A DNA stretch of 64,000 bases from Octopus vulgaris. Taxonomy: Eukaryota. Position 1 is the stretch's first letter. Each line of letters starts with the position of its first letter. The DNA lies in the NCBI GenBank assembly GCA_951406725.2, contig OX597830.1, positions 23,994,001 to 24,058,000 on the forward strand. The letters run 5' to 3'. The notes under the pieces were generated by a model, which saw nothing but the letters and a program-made list of their open reading frames with translations, was not told where the DNA came from and did no database searches. Shown here one piece after another: positions 28,138 to 42,962 of the stretch. The position numbers and the translations under genes were made by a program.

Positions 28138-28138
<1 letters not shown>
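27560..28138. mobile_element. Non-coding interspersed repeat (about 580-bp family), longest copy in (AAT)n
   Basis: Tandem with the previous copy; left end has a duplicated ctgatgcagtaccagg. Confidence 0.85.
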
Positions 28139-28172
<34 letters not shown>

Positions 28173-28813
28173 TAAAACGGGCTTTACAAACGTTACATTT
28201 GTTGTTATGAAGATCTCTATTGTTGCTGTTGCTATTATTTGGGTTTTTGTGTTGTTGTAATTCAGCCCTAGACCAGTTTAGATTGGGCAGTAAAAGTATT
28301 CCTTCAAGGAATATCCATATTCATATCTATATGATTATCTACGTCTAATCGCGCAAATGTATCCTAGTTAAATTGAAGGAAGGGGATTTGAATGCTATTT
28401 CTAGCAAGCCAAATGTCGTACTCCTTTGATGGTGACTAAACATGTATATGAAAGTCGAAGCAGTCTTCACAATACTTTGTTTTCTTCTTCGAGGTTTGTA
28501 AATGCTTCAGCTTTGAACATAGTCTCACGATGCAAAGACGGCCGTGAGGCATCCCGTACAAAAGTACTATTCACCAATCTGAGAACACACAAACTCGCAC
28601 GCACACACACACACATGCATACACACATACAAACACATACACGCGTATATATATGCATACATAGCACACACATACGAGAAAGCAAGCACATACACACGTA
28701 CATACATCTCTATATTCTCGATCTCATCCAAACACTACCGACAGCTATACTGAGAAATATTGTCAGGAATATAGAGATGTATGTATGTGTGCGTGTATAT
28801 GTATATGTATATG

Positions 28814-28861
<48 letters not shown>

Positions 28862-29217
28862 TACATATATACATTTATACATATATACATATATACACAT
28901 ATATATATGTATGTGTATATATATATTTGTATATATATATATATATATATATGTGTATATGTATGTATATATAAGTATATATATATATAATATATATATA
29001 TATATGTATGTATTTGTGTATATATATATTCATTTCTAGGTATATTTATAGATATTCAGTTGTATAGATAATACACTCACTCGCACACTAACACAGCTTC
29101 ACATACACAAACTTTCAAGCACATACACACACCTATTTATATATACATACACATATATCAATATACATTCATGCATACAGACAACCACACACACACATAC
29201 CTGCGTGCGTATGTACA

Positions 29218-29397
<180 letters not shown>

Positions 29398-29488
29398 TTT
29401 TCTCAATTCATTAAAATTTTCTTTCAATCGAGCATTCTGCATTTTTACAATTTTTCATTGCTATATATATATATATATATATATATAC

Positions 29489-29577
<89 letters not shown>

Positions 29578-30275
29578 AGCGTATTCTCTCATACCTTTGC
29601 GTAGGTACGGCTAAAGATATTTTGACTCAAGGCAGCAACCCACAAAATGGCGTCAAAGTGAGAAAAGCCTACAGCCATATTAAAATCTTGTTAACGTGAG
29701 AGTTTGACCCGCTGAGTCACCATTTCTGAAATAAAGAAATAGGGAAATTTAATAGGAAAGTGTATATAACTCTTTTCGTAGTTACTATGGTGCTAAAATC
29801 AAGATATACATAAAAATATACGAGGAAAACTAGAATCCATTTTTTAAAAAATATATATACACCTTTTTCCTTATTTTGCTTTTCTCCTTTCTTCTTGTCT
29901 CTCACCAATCTCCAAATCTCTATGCTATTACAGACAAATTGAGAATTTCCATGGAATATGCTAATATAAAATAAAATAAAATAAAATATATGTTAGAAAA
30001 GAAACTAAAGTAAAGGAAACATCAAAAATATCTTTCCGAATAAGAATTAGCATGATTGGTGAGAAAATAATCGCATTACGTAGAAATCATGTTCAGCCTC
30101 CTTTTTCAATATCGATCATAGCTAAACATAAATATATTTTCTCTGAGAGCCAGAGAATAAAAGAAGCTACTACAAACGAGAATTTGATTGGTTGACTGAT
30201 ATACTAATTCACGTGCGCATGTGTATATGTATGTATGCATGTATGCATGTATGTATGTATGTATGTATGTATGTA

Positions 30276-30339
<64 letters not shown>

Positions 30340-30659
30340 CATACATATATATATGTATACATATATATATATGTATGTATTTATAATATACGTATATATA
30401 TAATTTATAAGATATATATGTATGCATAAAATACATATACGCATACGTACATATAAATATATATCATATAAAATATATACGTATATGTATGTATATATAT
30501 ATATATATATATATATGCATATATATATATATATTATATAAATATATATACGTAAATATATGTGTGTACGTATATACATACATTTATATAAATATATGTC
30601 TATGTAAGTATATATGTATGTCTACATGAGAGAAACAGCGACGGAACGTATTGAGAGAA

Positions 30660-30725
<66 letters not shown>

Positions 30726-30772
30726 GCAGACAGACAGCGAGAGAAAAAGAGGAAAAGAGAGTGACGGAGAGG

Positions 30773-30811
<39 letters not shown>

Positions 30812-31658
30812 GGTATGAGAGCAATGTAGCTACTTGGTATGGTCGGTCTTGTTTTGTCTCGCATCTGAAAGGTTAAACTTGTAAATAGAACAGGTATGTA
30901 AATCAACAGGTGGATTATTATTTTACTATTTTTTTCCTATTTAAAATTCCTATTTGCCATAGCTTATGAAAGATCTTAGCCTCCATCAATGGTGGGAATA
31001 TATGTTTGCTTAATTTTATTTTTCCTGTCTATGAACGCAAGACATCTTTGTTCAATGGAAACTATGTGATCCTGACGAAGGATTTTTATATCCAGTCAAT
31101 GCATATAAAACATATATTAACATAGACTCTACAAGATTTACTTCAGAAACTGCATGAATTAAATATTCTTTACGTTTTTTTGTATATCAAATATATAAAC
31201 CTTACACGTAGGTGGTATGCAAATTATTGTTATTCTGCTTGTGGCCTTTTCTCTTGTCATCAGTCAAGTAGTGTTGTTTGTGTTTTCTTTTCTTCCCCAA
31301 ATACAAGCGGGATACACCATTGGTCTCTGTTCTGCATGTAACGGCCAATTGTTGGTACATTTATATTTTCTTTATATTTATTATAAAAGCAGTTAGTTGA
31401 CTGGATATCTGTAAGGGAGAGAAACAACTGAAAAAGTGAAACAATATTTGTTTCCTTTATTTTTTACAAGAGATTCAAAGTGTTAAGTCGATACAATTAA
31501 TTTTAACTTAATTTAATATTTCTTACTGCTTTTCTTGTCATATAATATAATATTTCTTACTCTGCAGTTAATCACGTCTTTCCATGTGTGTACCTATCTC
31601 TATATCTATATATATCTATGTGTGTACCTATCTATGTATTTATATCTATAACTACATT

Positions 31659-31787
<129 letters not shown>

Positions 31788-32239
31788 AGCCTGTTTCCAC
31801 GTACTTGTGCATCATCGGTAGTTAATAATATATTCAGTTATTCAATATATCATTACAATAGATATATTCAAATTATAATCTCACTTCTAAATCAGTCACA
31901 GAGCGACGGACTAAAAGAGAAAGGAAGACTAAAGAGACAATATCACACGTAATTTTTAAGGACAGAGAGACAGAGAAAGGAGTGAGACAGATAGAAATAA
32001 TACCAACGATAGCTTTAATCAATGAATATTTCTTTGTCAGCCAAAACACTGCATTGAAGTTTAAATGAACGTTGTTCGGATTTTATTCCGGTTTTAGTCT
32101 TCTCTGTTAGCCCCAACTATTCCTGAGTGGTTGCGTCTTCCAAGGGCTAGATACAATGTATATATATAAACAGAGAGTGAGAGAGAGAACGAGAGAGAGA
32201 TATGTGTGTGATGTGTGTGTGTGTATATATATATATATA

Positions 32240-32427
32240 TAGGGAGAATTCACAAAAAACAAAAGACGAAGACAGGTGTTGTAGACAACAAACAGATGTA
32301 TTAGTATAACGCTCGGGAAGTGAAAAAGTCTTTAACGTTTCGAGCCTATGCTCTGCCACAGAAAGGAACAGAGAAAGAAACAAGGAGAGAAAATAAAGAA
32401 TGTGTAGTGACTAGCGATCTATCATGG
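32240..32427 (-). mobile_element. Penelope-like terminal-repeat fragment (family 1) with hammerhead motif
   Basis: Minus: cttt-CTGTGGC-a-GAGC-atag-GCTC-GAAAC-GTT-aaag; (TA)n both sides. Confidence 0.7.
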
Positions 32428-32431
32428 TGAA

Positions 32432-32531
<100 letters not shown>

Positions 32532-32539
32532 ATAGTTGT

Positions 32540-32755
32540 GTGTTCGTTTATCTCCTAACCATCGCTTGACAACTTGACAACAGGTGTTTGTGAGTTTGAG
32601 TCCCTGTAACTCAGCGATTAGCAAAATATACCGATAGAATAAGTGCTAGGTTTATAAAGAATAAATCTTGGGGGCGATTTGTTCGACTAAACCTCCTTAA
32701 GGTGGTGCTCCGGCATGGCCGCAGTCAAATGACTAGAACAAGTGAAAGAATAAAA
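32540..32755 (+). mobile_element. SINE family A, 3' module
   Basis: catcgcttgacaac...ccgatagaataagt...ggtggtgctccggcatggccgcagtcaaatgact. Confidence 0.85.
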
Positions 32756-33139
32756 AATATATATATAAATGTTTACACATACACACATAAATAAACACAG
32801 ACACACAGACACATATACACATGTGCACACACACATGTGCATACATATGTGTATGTCTGTAGAAAAGATGTTATGAAATAATGAGTTTGAAATATTTGTT
32901 TAAGTAAATACCCTGGATAATAATACTTAATGTTTGTCATCTCCATAAATTAACTTTTGTTGTGGTTAAAATAAGTGACTTTTGGCTCTTGAATATTCTA
33001 TGCATTTGCATTTACAAAAAGAACACATAAGTTTTCATAACGAAAGTTATTTTTAAAACTAAGAACAGAAACTGTGAATATATTTCCTCTCAACAATCAC
33101 AATATTTTTAATATTTAGTATAATTCTTGGTCGCGCATA

Positions 33140-33760
33140 CTAGTTTCAAATGTTGGCACAAGGCAAGCGGTAAGTCGATTTCATCGACCCCAGTGATCAG
33201 CTGGTACTAGTTTTATCGACCCGGACAGGATGAAAAGCAAAGTCATCCTCGGCAAAATTTGAACACAGAACGTAAAGATGTCGCTAAACATTTTGCCCGA
33301 CGTGCTAACAATTTTGCCAGCTCACCATCTTGTTTGTATAAAATGGTTCGCAGAAAATGGTTTCAAGTCCAGTAATTTCAGTGGGGTGCGGTGAGTAATT
33401 CGATTTTATCAACCTATGTGATCAACTGGTACTTATCTTATCGATTCGAAAGGATGAAAAGCAAAGCCGTCCTCGGCGGAATTTGAAATCTGAAAGTAAA
33501 GACGGCCGAAATGCTGTGACAGAATTTCTTGAATAACAAGGCAGCCATAGAGCCTCTACGCGGTTGTTCCAACAGTTAGAAATAGCAGCCAAATTACTTC
33601 CATCGACCCCAGTGTTCAACTGGTACTTATTTTATCGATTCCCGAAAAGATGAAAGGCAAAGTCGACCTCGGCGGAATTTGAACTCTGAACGTAAAGACA
33701 GACGAAATGCTGTTAAGACGAAATGATCGGCGTACTAACAAATCTGACATCTTGCTGTCT
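33140..33760 (-). mobile_element. Cluster of three SINE family B copies/fragments
   Basis: Repeated ggatgaaa(a/g)gcaaagtc..cctcggcggaatttgaa blocks near 33230, 33455 and 33650. Confidence 0.85.
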
Positions 33761-35474
33761 TCTTGTTCACATTTATTATTTCTCATTTTGTAAGCGAATT
33801 TAGATTTGTATCATCAAGCGATACCATTCTCTTCTCAATCTTTTGCTTTAATTTTTTCTCAGTACATCTGAAGTATTGCATCTATTTCATAGTGAAATCT
33901 TTTTGATTCTTTTATCAGTTGTCGAATGAATTTATGTCTGTGCTATTTCGTCATCATTTCATGACATGTATCTCTTCTAGATTCTAATCAGGCATCATAA
34001 GTTCGGTTACTCGGTTTCCATGCCATATAAGTAACCCAGATCATAGCGTTTCCCTCTCACCCACTAAACTGGATGCCAGTCAGTCTGCCTTTCATAGGGT
34101 CGATTTCGCATCTATTGCTGGTATTTATTTACAGCTGTGTGGACTGTCCCCAAAGTCCATCCCCTCCTCACCGTGGTGGGGACGCTGGCAACGGGTAGTG
34201 TCAGAGCTATGCCGTCGGGAACTTCGGTTCCTGGTAGGGCCACCCAAGGCGGATTGGTCCGACACCTCGTGGTATTAGGGCCACAACACGGCAGAAAAAC
34301 ACTGGTGAAAATCCTCGGATTGTCTGTTTCGGCAACCGGCGGCTCCTCAGTCATTCTGTCCCTGCGTCTGCAGACAATCTACAGCAAACAGGACGTCTCT
34401 ACATGCGGGATTGTTGGGGAGCGCTTGTGAAATCCACATATTCCCACGAAACTTCTTCCATGGTAGAAGAAGCCGACTCAACCCGCCCAGGGTGAATGTC
34501 GCCACAAGTACAAGTAAGTGTGGACTGTGTCAAATGGAGTGTTTCATTAATGAACACAATGCACAGCCCAGTATTGGAACAGAAAACATAAACTTAAGAC
34601 CGTGAATGCAACACATAAAATCACTGGCTCTGACTCATTTTAATATCTGGACCAGGTCTAAAACCTGAATTTTATTAGGAGGCCGCACCGAAAAATGTAA
34701 AACATCAATTAAAGACAATTATTATCTTTGTTGACAAAAGACCGTTAGGGGCTGTCGGAAAAATGCTTGAGGACCGCATATGGCACTGGGAACCGCGAAT
34801 GAGAACCATTGCATTGAATAATAGGACAGGCGCCTTCACTGTCATAGAATCTACCATTCTTTAAATTTTTTCCTAGTAAAGCCCGATGTGACAACCTGCT
34901 AAATCACTACGGTCTTAACAACGCACTGAGGAAGTGTCTAAACAGCCGTTCCAGTCACAAGAAATAATTATCAAATATCTTTTAAATTGTACATATCATT
35001 TGGGGGTATCAGGCCACGCAGAATTTCGGTGCCTATATTGGACCCCATTTTATTGCAAACGTTTGGACTAGGTATCCGATTCGAAGAATATATATACTCC
35101 CACCAAGCTTGAAGAACTAAAAAAGAAAACCCAAGGACACTTTCTCAGAGGAAGAAACTATTCCATTCTACTCACTGAAATATATAGAAATGTTAGGAAG
35201 GGAATGTAAGGGGATATTAGATGAAGTTCTACATGGTTAAGAGACAGATTTTGCCCACTTGCAAAATGGGGTATTATATCATGTATGAGTTCCTTCTGTC
35301 TTTGGAATTTTGTTCCCGAAGTAGTAACCCGAGTCTTAAAATGTCTCTCACTCTTAAAAGCTAGTTCTTCCCATGAACCAATTAACAGGCTGAAGTGGGA
35401 TGACATCTGACCTCTAGTCGTCAGCGTTGTTATCTTGTGAATATCTGAAAAGAGTAAAAAATTCATTTAACTAA

Positions 35475-35565
35475 TTCATTTAACCAATTAAAAGACAATA
35501 TAAGATTCATTTAACCAATTAAAAGATAATATAAGATTCATTTAACTAATTAAAAGATAATATAA
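35475..35565. repeat. 31-bp minisatellite, about 3 copies
   Basis: Unit attcatttaaccaattaaaagataatataag. Confidence 0.9.
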
Positions 35566-36357
35566 AAGTGATATTGTGAGTCTAATTAGTTTTTCATGTG
35601 GATTTTTAGTTATTGTTTCAAAGCAATAGGATAAAATTGATGTAGGTTAGAATTATTTTAATCCATTTTGGTATATCTATCTCAAGTCTGAGAGTAAAAA
35701 GGCACTATAATTTTACAACCAAATTAGATCTTTAGTAAGTTATTAAAATTGAAACACCCTAATATATATATATGTGCGCGCGTGTGTGTAAGTGTGTGTG
35801 TATGTGTGTGTATGTCTGCGTGCGTGTGTGTATGTGCGTGTGTGTATGTGTGTGTATGTCTACGTGCGTGTGTGTAAGTGTGTGCGTGTGTGTGTATGTG
35901 TGTGTATGTCTGCATGCATGTGTGTAAGTGTGTTTGTGTGTGTGTATGTGTGTGTATGTCTACGTGCGTGTGTGTAAATGTGTGCGTGTGTGTGTATGGC
36001 TGCGTGCGTGTGTGTAAGTGTGTGTGTGTGTGTAAGTGTGTGCGTGTGTGTGTGTGTGTATGTGTTAAGCTGCACTCACACACATGAATACTTACATACT
36101 CCTAGGTTTGTATATGTATGCTTTTATTTTATTATGTTTCTGTGTCTGTCACTACCCTTGTCTTTACGTTGCAATCGCTTGCAAGGGGTTTATGTTGTTC
36201 ATATTCTGAAATCTTGCAGTTCTGAAAATAGCAAGGATTTCATAAAAGAAAACAGGCTTAGAAAAGAGAAATTCGGTCGATATGAACAACGAGAAATCCT
36301 TTGAATCAATGCCTATGAGTCACCGAAATCCAAAGGCAAAAATAATGAAATATAATA

Positions 36358-37918
36358 CATGGATTGTTCCGAAGGTAAACCCGAAATGTGCATAACTTCT
36401 TTGATTGACATATGTGGTTCAAATGACACACGTTGGTAGGGTACTCTTTCTCAGTAACATAGAGTCTATATAAAAGTATTACTCAACATGGCCTCCATCA
36501 CAAGCGAAGCGTCTGCGCCATTGTATAACCCAACTCTTCAATATACTTTCAGAAATTCAAGGTGCACTGTTGTATCCACTTCTTCACAACCACTATCAGC
36601 TTATCTGGTTAATGAAATCGTTGCGCCCGAAGTGTGTCCTTCATTGGACTTAACATTTGAGAGTTGAGATGTACCAGGTGCAGAGTGAAGGATGCATGGG
36701 TGATCATTGATCAGCTAGGTTTACTTGATTCCTTTTGTTTTTCCTAAAGATGTGTGTGGTCACACATTGTTATGGCCAATGCGGATCGTTTCGTTCTCTT
36801 TTCCTTAATGTCTTCTCCAAGCTTTTTAAGTATTTCAACTTACCGCTTGCTGTTCACATTACAGCCACCTTGCAGTGAGTCAAGGAGGATGACGCCTTTG
36901 TCATCCCACAAAATGTATACGACGATCGTTGATTCTTGAGCTCCTGAAGCCTTAGACTTGTGATGCCACCCCATGGACTTTAGCCTTTGTTTCAGAATCA
37001 TAAAGATACACCCACATTTCATCCACTACCATCGGATCGAAATAGAAACAAAATTTGAGACTGAATTATTTTAAACCAGTACTTCAGAAGTGAGATCCAT
37101 ATGGCCCCTGGGGTTTCATATAAGATTTTGTTTTTAAAATTTATCTGCAAATAAGTAGCTTATAATTCTACTATGCACAAAATACTTTAAGTTTTTTCGT
37201 ACAATTCCCAAAAGATATTTAATTATAAGAATGCAGAAGGGTTTTTTTATATATATATACATCGAATGACTATAAAGGTCCGATTAAGTAAAACCAGAAC
37301 CAAAGAGGTTTGTAGGCAAAACATGGTTGAGTACCACAGTTTTAAACGCTTCCAGCAAATCAGTTCAGACTTCCACCTTTTTTTCCTTCAAATCGAGTTT
37401 CACTGCCGAGGTGCTTACTACCCGCTTTGTCCAATTTACAGACTCTTCCCAATACCCAAGGTCTTTTTCCATCTTTTATAATGTCGTCTGATCACAATCC
37501 AGCTGTAAAGCATCTTCGCGCATTTTATCTCGTCTGTCCGCGTGTATCAATTCGTCCACTCGTTGGCGATTCGTGTTCGTGGTCGCTGCCGATGGCCTGG
37601 GTTGTCTGCAATGCTAGCTTCCTCTCTTTTAAAGTTCCGCTATCTGTGGCCATTGCTCTTGTCAATAAAGTCATCGCCGTCAAAAATTTGTAGTCGTTTT
37701 TGTGTAGTGGAAAACTAGTTCACCGCCTCCGTCAAAAACTCACTGAGAGCACGTTGCTTCTGACTGGAACCCATTATTTTCCAGAAATGAGAAATAACAA
37801 GACCAGTTGCTATAGAGGAACACTTAATTTACTAATGTGCAATTTCAATAGCATATGTCACTTAATGAGAAAAACAAAAATGTTACACTTAATTTTGTAT
37901 TTCAGAGCAAACCTCATG
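36358..37918 (-). mobile_element. Ancient decayed mariner (irritans-like) with an AT-rich interruption near 37050-37270
   Basis: Minus translations QRALSEFL...GDDFIDKS...RQRVDELIHADRR...DLGYW, VVDEMWVYLYDSETK, SMGWHH, ILWDDKGVILLDSL; weak TIR pair catggattgttccgaaggta / catgaggtttgctctgaaata. Confidence 0.75.
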
Positions 37919-38014
37919 CTTATGTGTGTGTCTTTCATTAGGTACATGTGTGTAAACATACATGCGCACACACACATTCACACACCTTTTGTTATGTATA
38001 TATATGTGTGTGAG

Positions 38015-38098
<84 letters not shown>

Positions 38099-38161
38099 AA
38101 TATATGTATATATATACATGTATATATATATATATGTATATATACCTATATATATATATGA

Positions 38162-38213
<52 letters not shown>

Positions 38214-38226
38214 ATACATACATACG

Positions 38227-38259
<33 letters not shown>

Positions 38260-38275
38260 ATATATGGATGTATAT

Positions 38276-38329
<54 letters not shown>

Positions 38330-39063
38330 ATGTATGTATACACGCAAAGTCACGCACACAAATATCGGAGTCGTATGTGTTCGGCAAGGCATAGGATATG
38401 TGGTCATGAATAGAAATTGAAACAATTGTAGCATGGAAGAGTTACTACATCCATTTAAAACCTGCAGATATCGTAAACAATCGCTTTTGTCTTATTTCCT
38501 AAATGGCATCATATACATATGCATGTATGTATGTATGTATGTATGTATGTATGTATGTATGTATGTATGTATGTATGTATGTATATATATACATATATAC
38601 ACATATATGTGTGTGTACGGAGTATAATGCGTCAAAACATTTCATCCTATATCTATGACCCAGACACTAATACAATTCTACTGTGATCACGTCGTAGTTA
38701 TCTGGCCTAATGCTTTAATACTTTGTTGTATATAATACTATCATGAAATAAACCAAAAGCGAATAATAGTTTATGCGTGAATAAGCGAAATAGATGTTCT
38801 CGTATCAAAAATTAAAAAAATATCGGCAAAAATACACACACATGTTAATATGTATATACATATATGCATGCATACTTACATGCATATATAATTACATGCA
38901 TACATACATTCATTCATACATATACATACATACACGCTCGTGTATATTTATATATATATATGGGGATACATAGTATGTATAGTCACGTATATACATTATA
39001 ACATATGTGATATATGTGTCTGAATGTATAGGGTCTTGGTTCATAAATATATAATATAATATA

Positions 39064-39163
<100 letters not shown>

Positions 39164-39167
39164 TATA

Positions 39168-39257
<90 letters not shown>

Positions 39258-39649
39258 AATAAATGCAATATGCAGAGTTGGACGCTGGAAAGGTCACGAC
39301 TGGATTTCCGACTGACCATTTGTGCTAAACTCCATTGTCTCTAGCTACAGGTGAATGCCAAAGACGTGTTCTAAATTTTACCTATAGTACAATTTAACTT
39401 GCATATCTACCGTCTAACTATGGTGTATACCTTTTAACTAAAGTGTGCTTAAAGTTCATCGGTAGTGAAACAAACTAACTAAATTATAATATAAGAGTAT
39501 AAAGTCAACTACTGATGTACGTAGAAAACGATCAAAGATGTATACTAGTTTGACTAAAATGTGTATACAGCCTAAGATGTAAACAGTCTAACAAATGTAT
39601 GTATAAGTAAGGTGTATATAGTCTAACTAGCCTATATACAATGTAACTA

Positions 39650-39718
39650 CACACGTGCTGTTGGTGATTATTCTTCCTCATTTTGGACTTTTCTGCTTTT
39701 CCTTTCCGACGAAAAGCT
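39650..39718 (+). mobile_element. Penelope-like repeat (family 2) fragment cut inside its hammerhead by a SINE
   Basis: Resembles the reverse complement of 51355-51435 and ends tttCCGACGAaaagctc at the SINE tail. Confidence 0.5.
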
Positions 39719-39800
39719 CTTTTACTTGTTTCAGTCATTTGACTGTGGCCATGCTAGAGCACCTCCTTTAGTCGAGTAAAACACAGACGCACAAACATAT

Positions 39801-39852
<52 letters not shown>

Positions 39853-40028
39853 ATATACATATACTTATATACGACGGGCTTCTTTCAGTTTCCGTCTACC
39901 AAATCCACTCACAAGTCTTTGGTCGGCCCGAGGCTATAATAGAAGACACTTGCCCAAGGTGCCACGCAGTGGGACAGAGCCCGGAACCATGTGGTTGGCA
40001 AGCAAGCTATTTACTACATAGCCACTCC
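39717..40028 (-). mobile_element. SINE family A with internal deletion
   Basis: Head and tail present; about 100 bp of the second module missing. Confidence 0.88.
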
Positions 40029-40427
40029 TCGTTGAAACTTTCTCTCTTTACTGAGTGTCAAACTAATGCATTCTTAGTGCACGTCCTCTTGTGTGTTATT
40101 GTTAATTTCATTGTTCGTTTATTTGATTTGACTGCATACAATTGACTACTGTCTAAGGTGTATGCAACCTTACTAAAGTTTGCAGATAGTCTATGTTATA
40201 AGTTTAAGAGTATGTAGGCAGATGCCACAGATTTATTTGAACTAAAAGTGTGTACAATCTATGTTAAGGCGTATATTCTTTAATTAAAATTTGTATATGG
40301 TATAACTGAAGTATGTATAAAGTTAAACTATGGTGTATATTGTTAAAGTGTATGGTTTAACTGCAATGTATTTTCAATGATTACAGTAATACAATTGTGA
40401 TACAACTGTAATGCGTTTATCAGTTGT

Positions 40428-40600
40428 CTTTACTGGTTTCAGTCATTATACTGCGGCCATGCTGCAGCACTGCCATGAAAAATTCTTGTTAAGCCTGGTG
40501 CTTATTCTATCGATTACTTTTGCCGAACCGAAAGTAACAGTGACGTAAACACACCAACACCGGCTGTCAAGCAGTGGTGGAGGACAAAGACAAACAGAAA
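40428..40600 (-). mobile_element. SINE family A, 3' module
   Basis: ctgcggccatgctg...ttgccgaaccg...gtcaagc. Confidence 0.8.
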
Positions 40601-40701
40601 GTTATACACACACGTGTGTGTGTGTATGTGTGTGTACGTGACGGTGTGCGTCTGTGAGTCTATGTATGTGTTTCCTTATATAGTTTACATTATTGTGTTT
40701 G

Positions 40702-41056
40702 TGGAGCCGCAATGGCCCAGTGGTTAGGGCAGCGGACTCGCGGTCGTAGGATCGCGGTTTCGATTCCCAGACCGGGCGTTGTGAGTGTTTATTGAGGCTC
40801 CGGCAGGGATGGTGGTGATCCCTGCTGTACTCTTTCACCACAACTTTCTCTCACTCTTACTTCCTGTTTCTGTTGTACCTGTATTTCAAAGGGCCGGCAT
40901 TGTCACTCTCTGTTGTCATGCTGAATATCCCCGAGAACTACGTTAAGGGTACACGTGTCTGTGGAGTGCTCAGCCACTTACACGTTGATTTCACGAGCAG
41001 GCTGTTCCGTTGATCGGATCAACGGGAACCCTCGTCGTCGTAACCGACGGAGTGCT
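40702..41056 (+). mobile_element. SINE family C (tRNA-Arg-like head)
   Basis: A box tggcccagtggttagg, ggactcgcggtc anticodon-like arm, B box gtttcgattccc, full tail. Confidence 0.92.
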
Positions 41057-41770
41057 TCCATCCATCCCTACATTATTGTGTGCAAATCCATATAATTATA
41101 AGCGAATTATTATTTAATTATATTAATTAATTTAACAATCATATTATTGCATTGAAATTAAATATCACATTATTTCCACATTATTTCCTTTAAAAAATTA
41201 CAGTATTTTTTAAGACACTGTCTTCCCATGGCTTCATTTTCGCTCATCTTGTAATTGAACACCGAATAAACCTCTTTCCTAGCAATTTTGACCGACTTGT
41301 TAGTACAAGCCGTGAAATCTGCTTCGTACTGCACATACGTAGCCAGGTGGCGGAGTTCACAAATCCGGCAACGCTTGAGTATGCAATGCATACATATATG
41401 TAAATACAAATGCAAATTGGATGGCTAATGGGAGATGCATTTTAATAATTGAAGATCCCACCCCTTACACCATCATTTCATACGAAAGAGGCTCATTCTG
41501 TAAGTCGTTCTCGATACTCTTAAACTACCAGGCTGGTCACGGATGGAATATCTCGCGTTATAAATCTGACCTATCAGTGTTGACCTGTGCCTAAACAACA
41601 ACAAGAAAGTACCATCAACAACAGCAACAACAACCGAGCCTAATAGCTTGTCTCGCGTAAACTTTAGCTCTTTGGATATGAATTACTTTACAGCGCAGCG
41701 GCAAGGAAAAGCGTTGTTTTTAACTAACAGCAAATTATTCTTGCACGTACGTGTATATGTATGTGTGTGC

Positions 41771-41802
<32 letters not shown>

Positions 41803-42537
41803 ATGAATGTATATATATGTATATATATATATATAATTTATATATGTCTGTATATGTATATATGTATATATATGTTATTCCATATATATATCTGTGTGTG
41901 TACGTATGTGTGTGTAGATACATTATGGTCTTCAATAGAAGCGGAAAACGGTATATATATATATATATATATATATGCATACACATACACACATACATAT
42001 ATATATGTAAATATATCTATAACACACTATAAATCTAATATCTATGTATGGCTGTGTATGTTTACACACACACACACACACACACATACATACATATATA
42101 TATATATATGTATGTATACATATATTTATATATATAAAGACATGTATATATATATATATATATAAACACGCACTGACACATGTACGTTCTCTCCTAATAC
42201 TGGTCGCTAATTAGAAGTCAGGCCGTTATCTAGAGCTGTTAACGCATGAAACCTTACAAGTGATAGCTCTGACCTAATGAAGATTAATGGATCAGTTCGG
42301 TTGGTACGGACATCATAGAATGTTACTCAAAGAAGTTACCGTAGTAAAAGTCTTGTAGTTGTTGTACAAAGCTATGGATGCGTAAATATTGACATACACA
42401 TAAACCAGAAACCCGCCATACCCAGTCACACCTATGCAGAATATATACGTTCCAGCGTTTGTGTATGCGTGAATGTATATACATATATTGTCTGGTTTTG
42501 TCATAATATAAGCCCGCACTTATACGCACTTATAATG

Positions 42538-42897
42538 GACGTGGCACTGTGGTTAAGGAACTAGTTTTGCAAAAGTGTGGTTTCTGGTTCGGTCCCACTG
42601 CGCGCGGCGCCCTGGACAAGTGTCTGCTACTGTTCTGCTATAGCGCCGGCCGGCGCAATGAATTGCTGAACAATTTGGTGAGCGGAAACTGCGTGGAAGT
42701 CTACGATGTATATGTGTATGTGTGTATGTATTTGAGATTATATTTGTCTGCCCACCACTTGACAACCTGTGTTGGCTTCCTTTCGTCGCAGTAACTTAGA
42801 TATTCGACGGAAGAGACAGATGGAATAAGTGCCACACTGTTAGAAAAATAGGCCGTGGGGCTGATTTGTTCAGGTAATTCCTGCAAGCTGGTGTGCC
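42538..42897 (+). mobile_element. SINE family A (diverged)
   Basis: tggcactgtggttaagg...ggttcggtcccactgcg...ggacaagtgtc...cttgacaacc. Confidence 0.8.
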
Positions 42898-42962
42898 ATA
42901 TATATATATATATATACGTACACACACAGACACACACACACGCACGCACACACACATATATA

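Noticed and set aside
34140-34520. GC-rich island with a possible zinc-knuckle remnant (RRPVC) on the minus strand
   Set aside because: Not enough residues to support an ORF1 or exon call.
35475-35565. 31-bp direct repeats as a CRISPR-like array
   Set aside because: Contiguous tandem units without spacers in eukaryotic DNA; a minisatellite.
34650-35765. hAT-like end (34770-34811) and mariner-like TIR end (gaaacaccctaata, about 35750-35765)
   Set aside because: Could not find convincing partner TIRs or TSDs.
40702-40780. Possible tRNA-Arg gene (also 13395, 20184, 53277, 57880)
   Set aside because: Each continues into a multi-copy SINE body and lacks a good acceptor stem, so these are SINE heads.
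41090-41400. Possible DNA-transposon terminal fragment
   Set aside because: No TIR pair or transposase motif identified.
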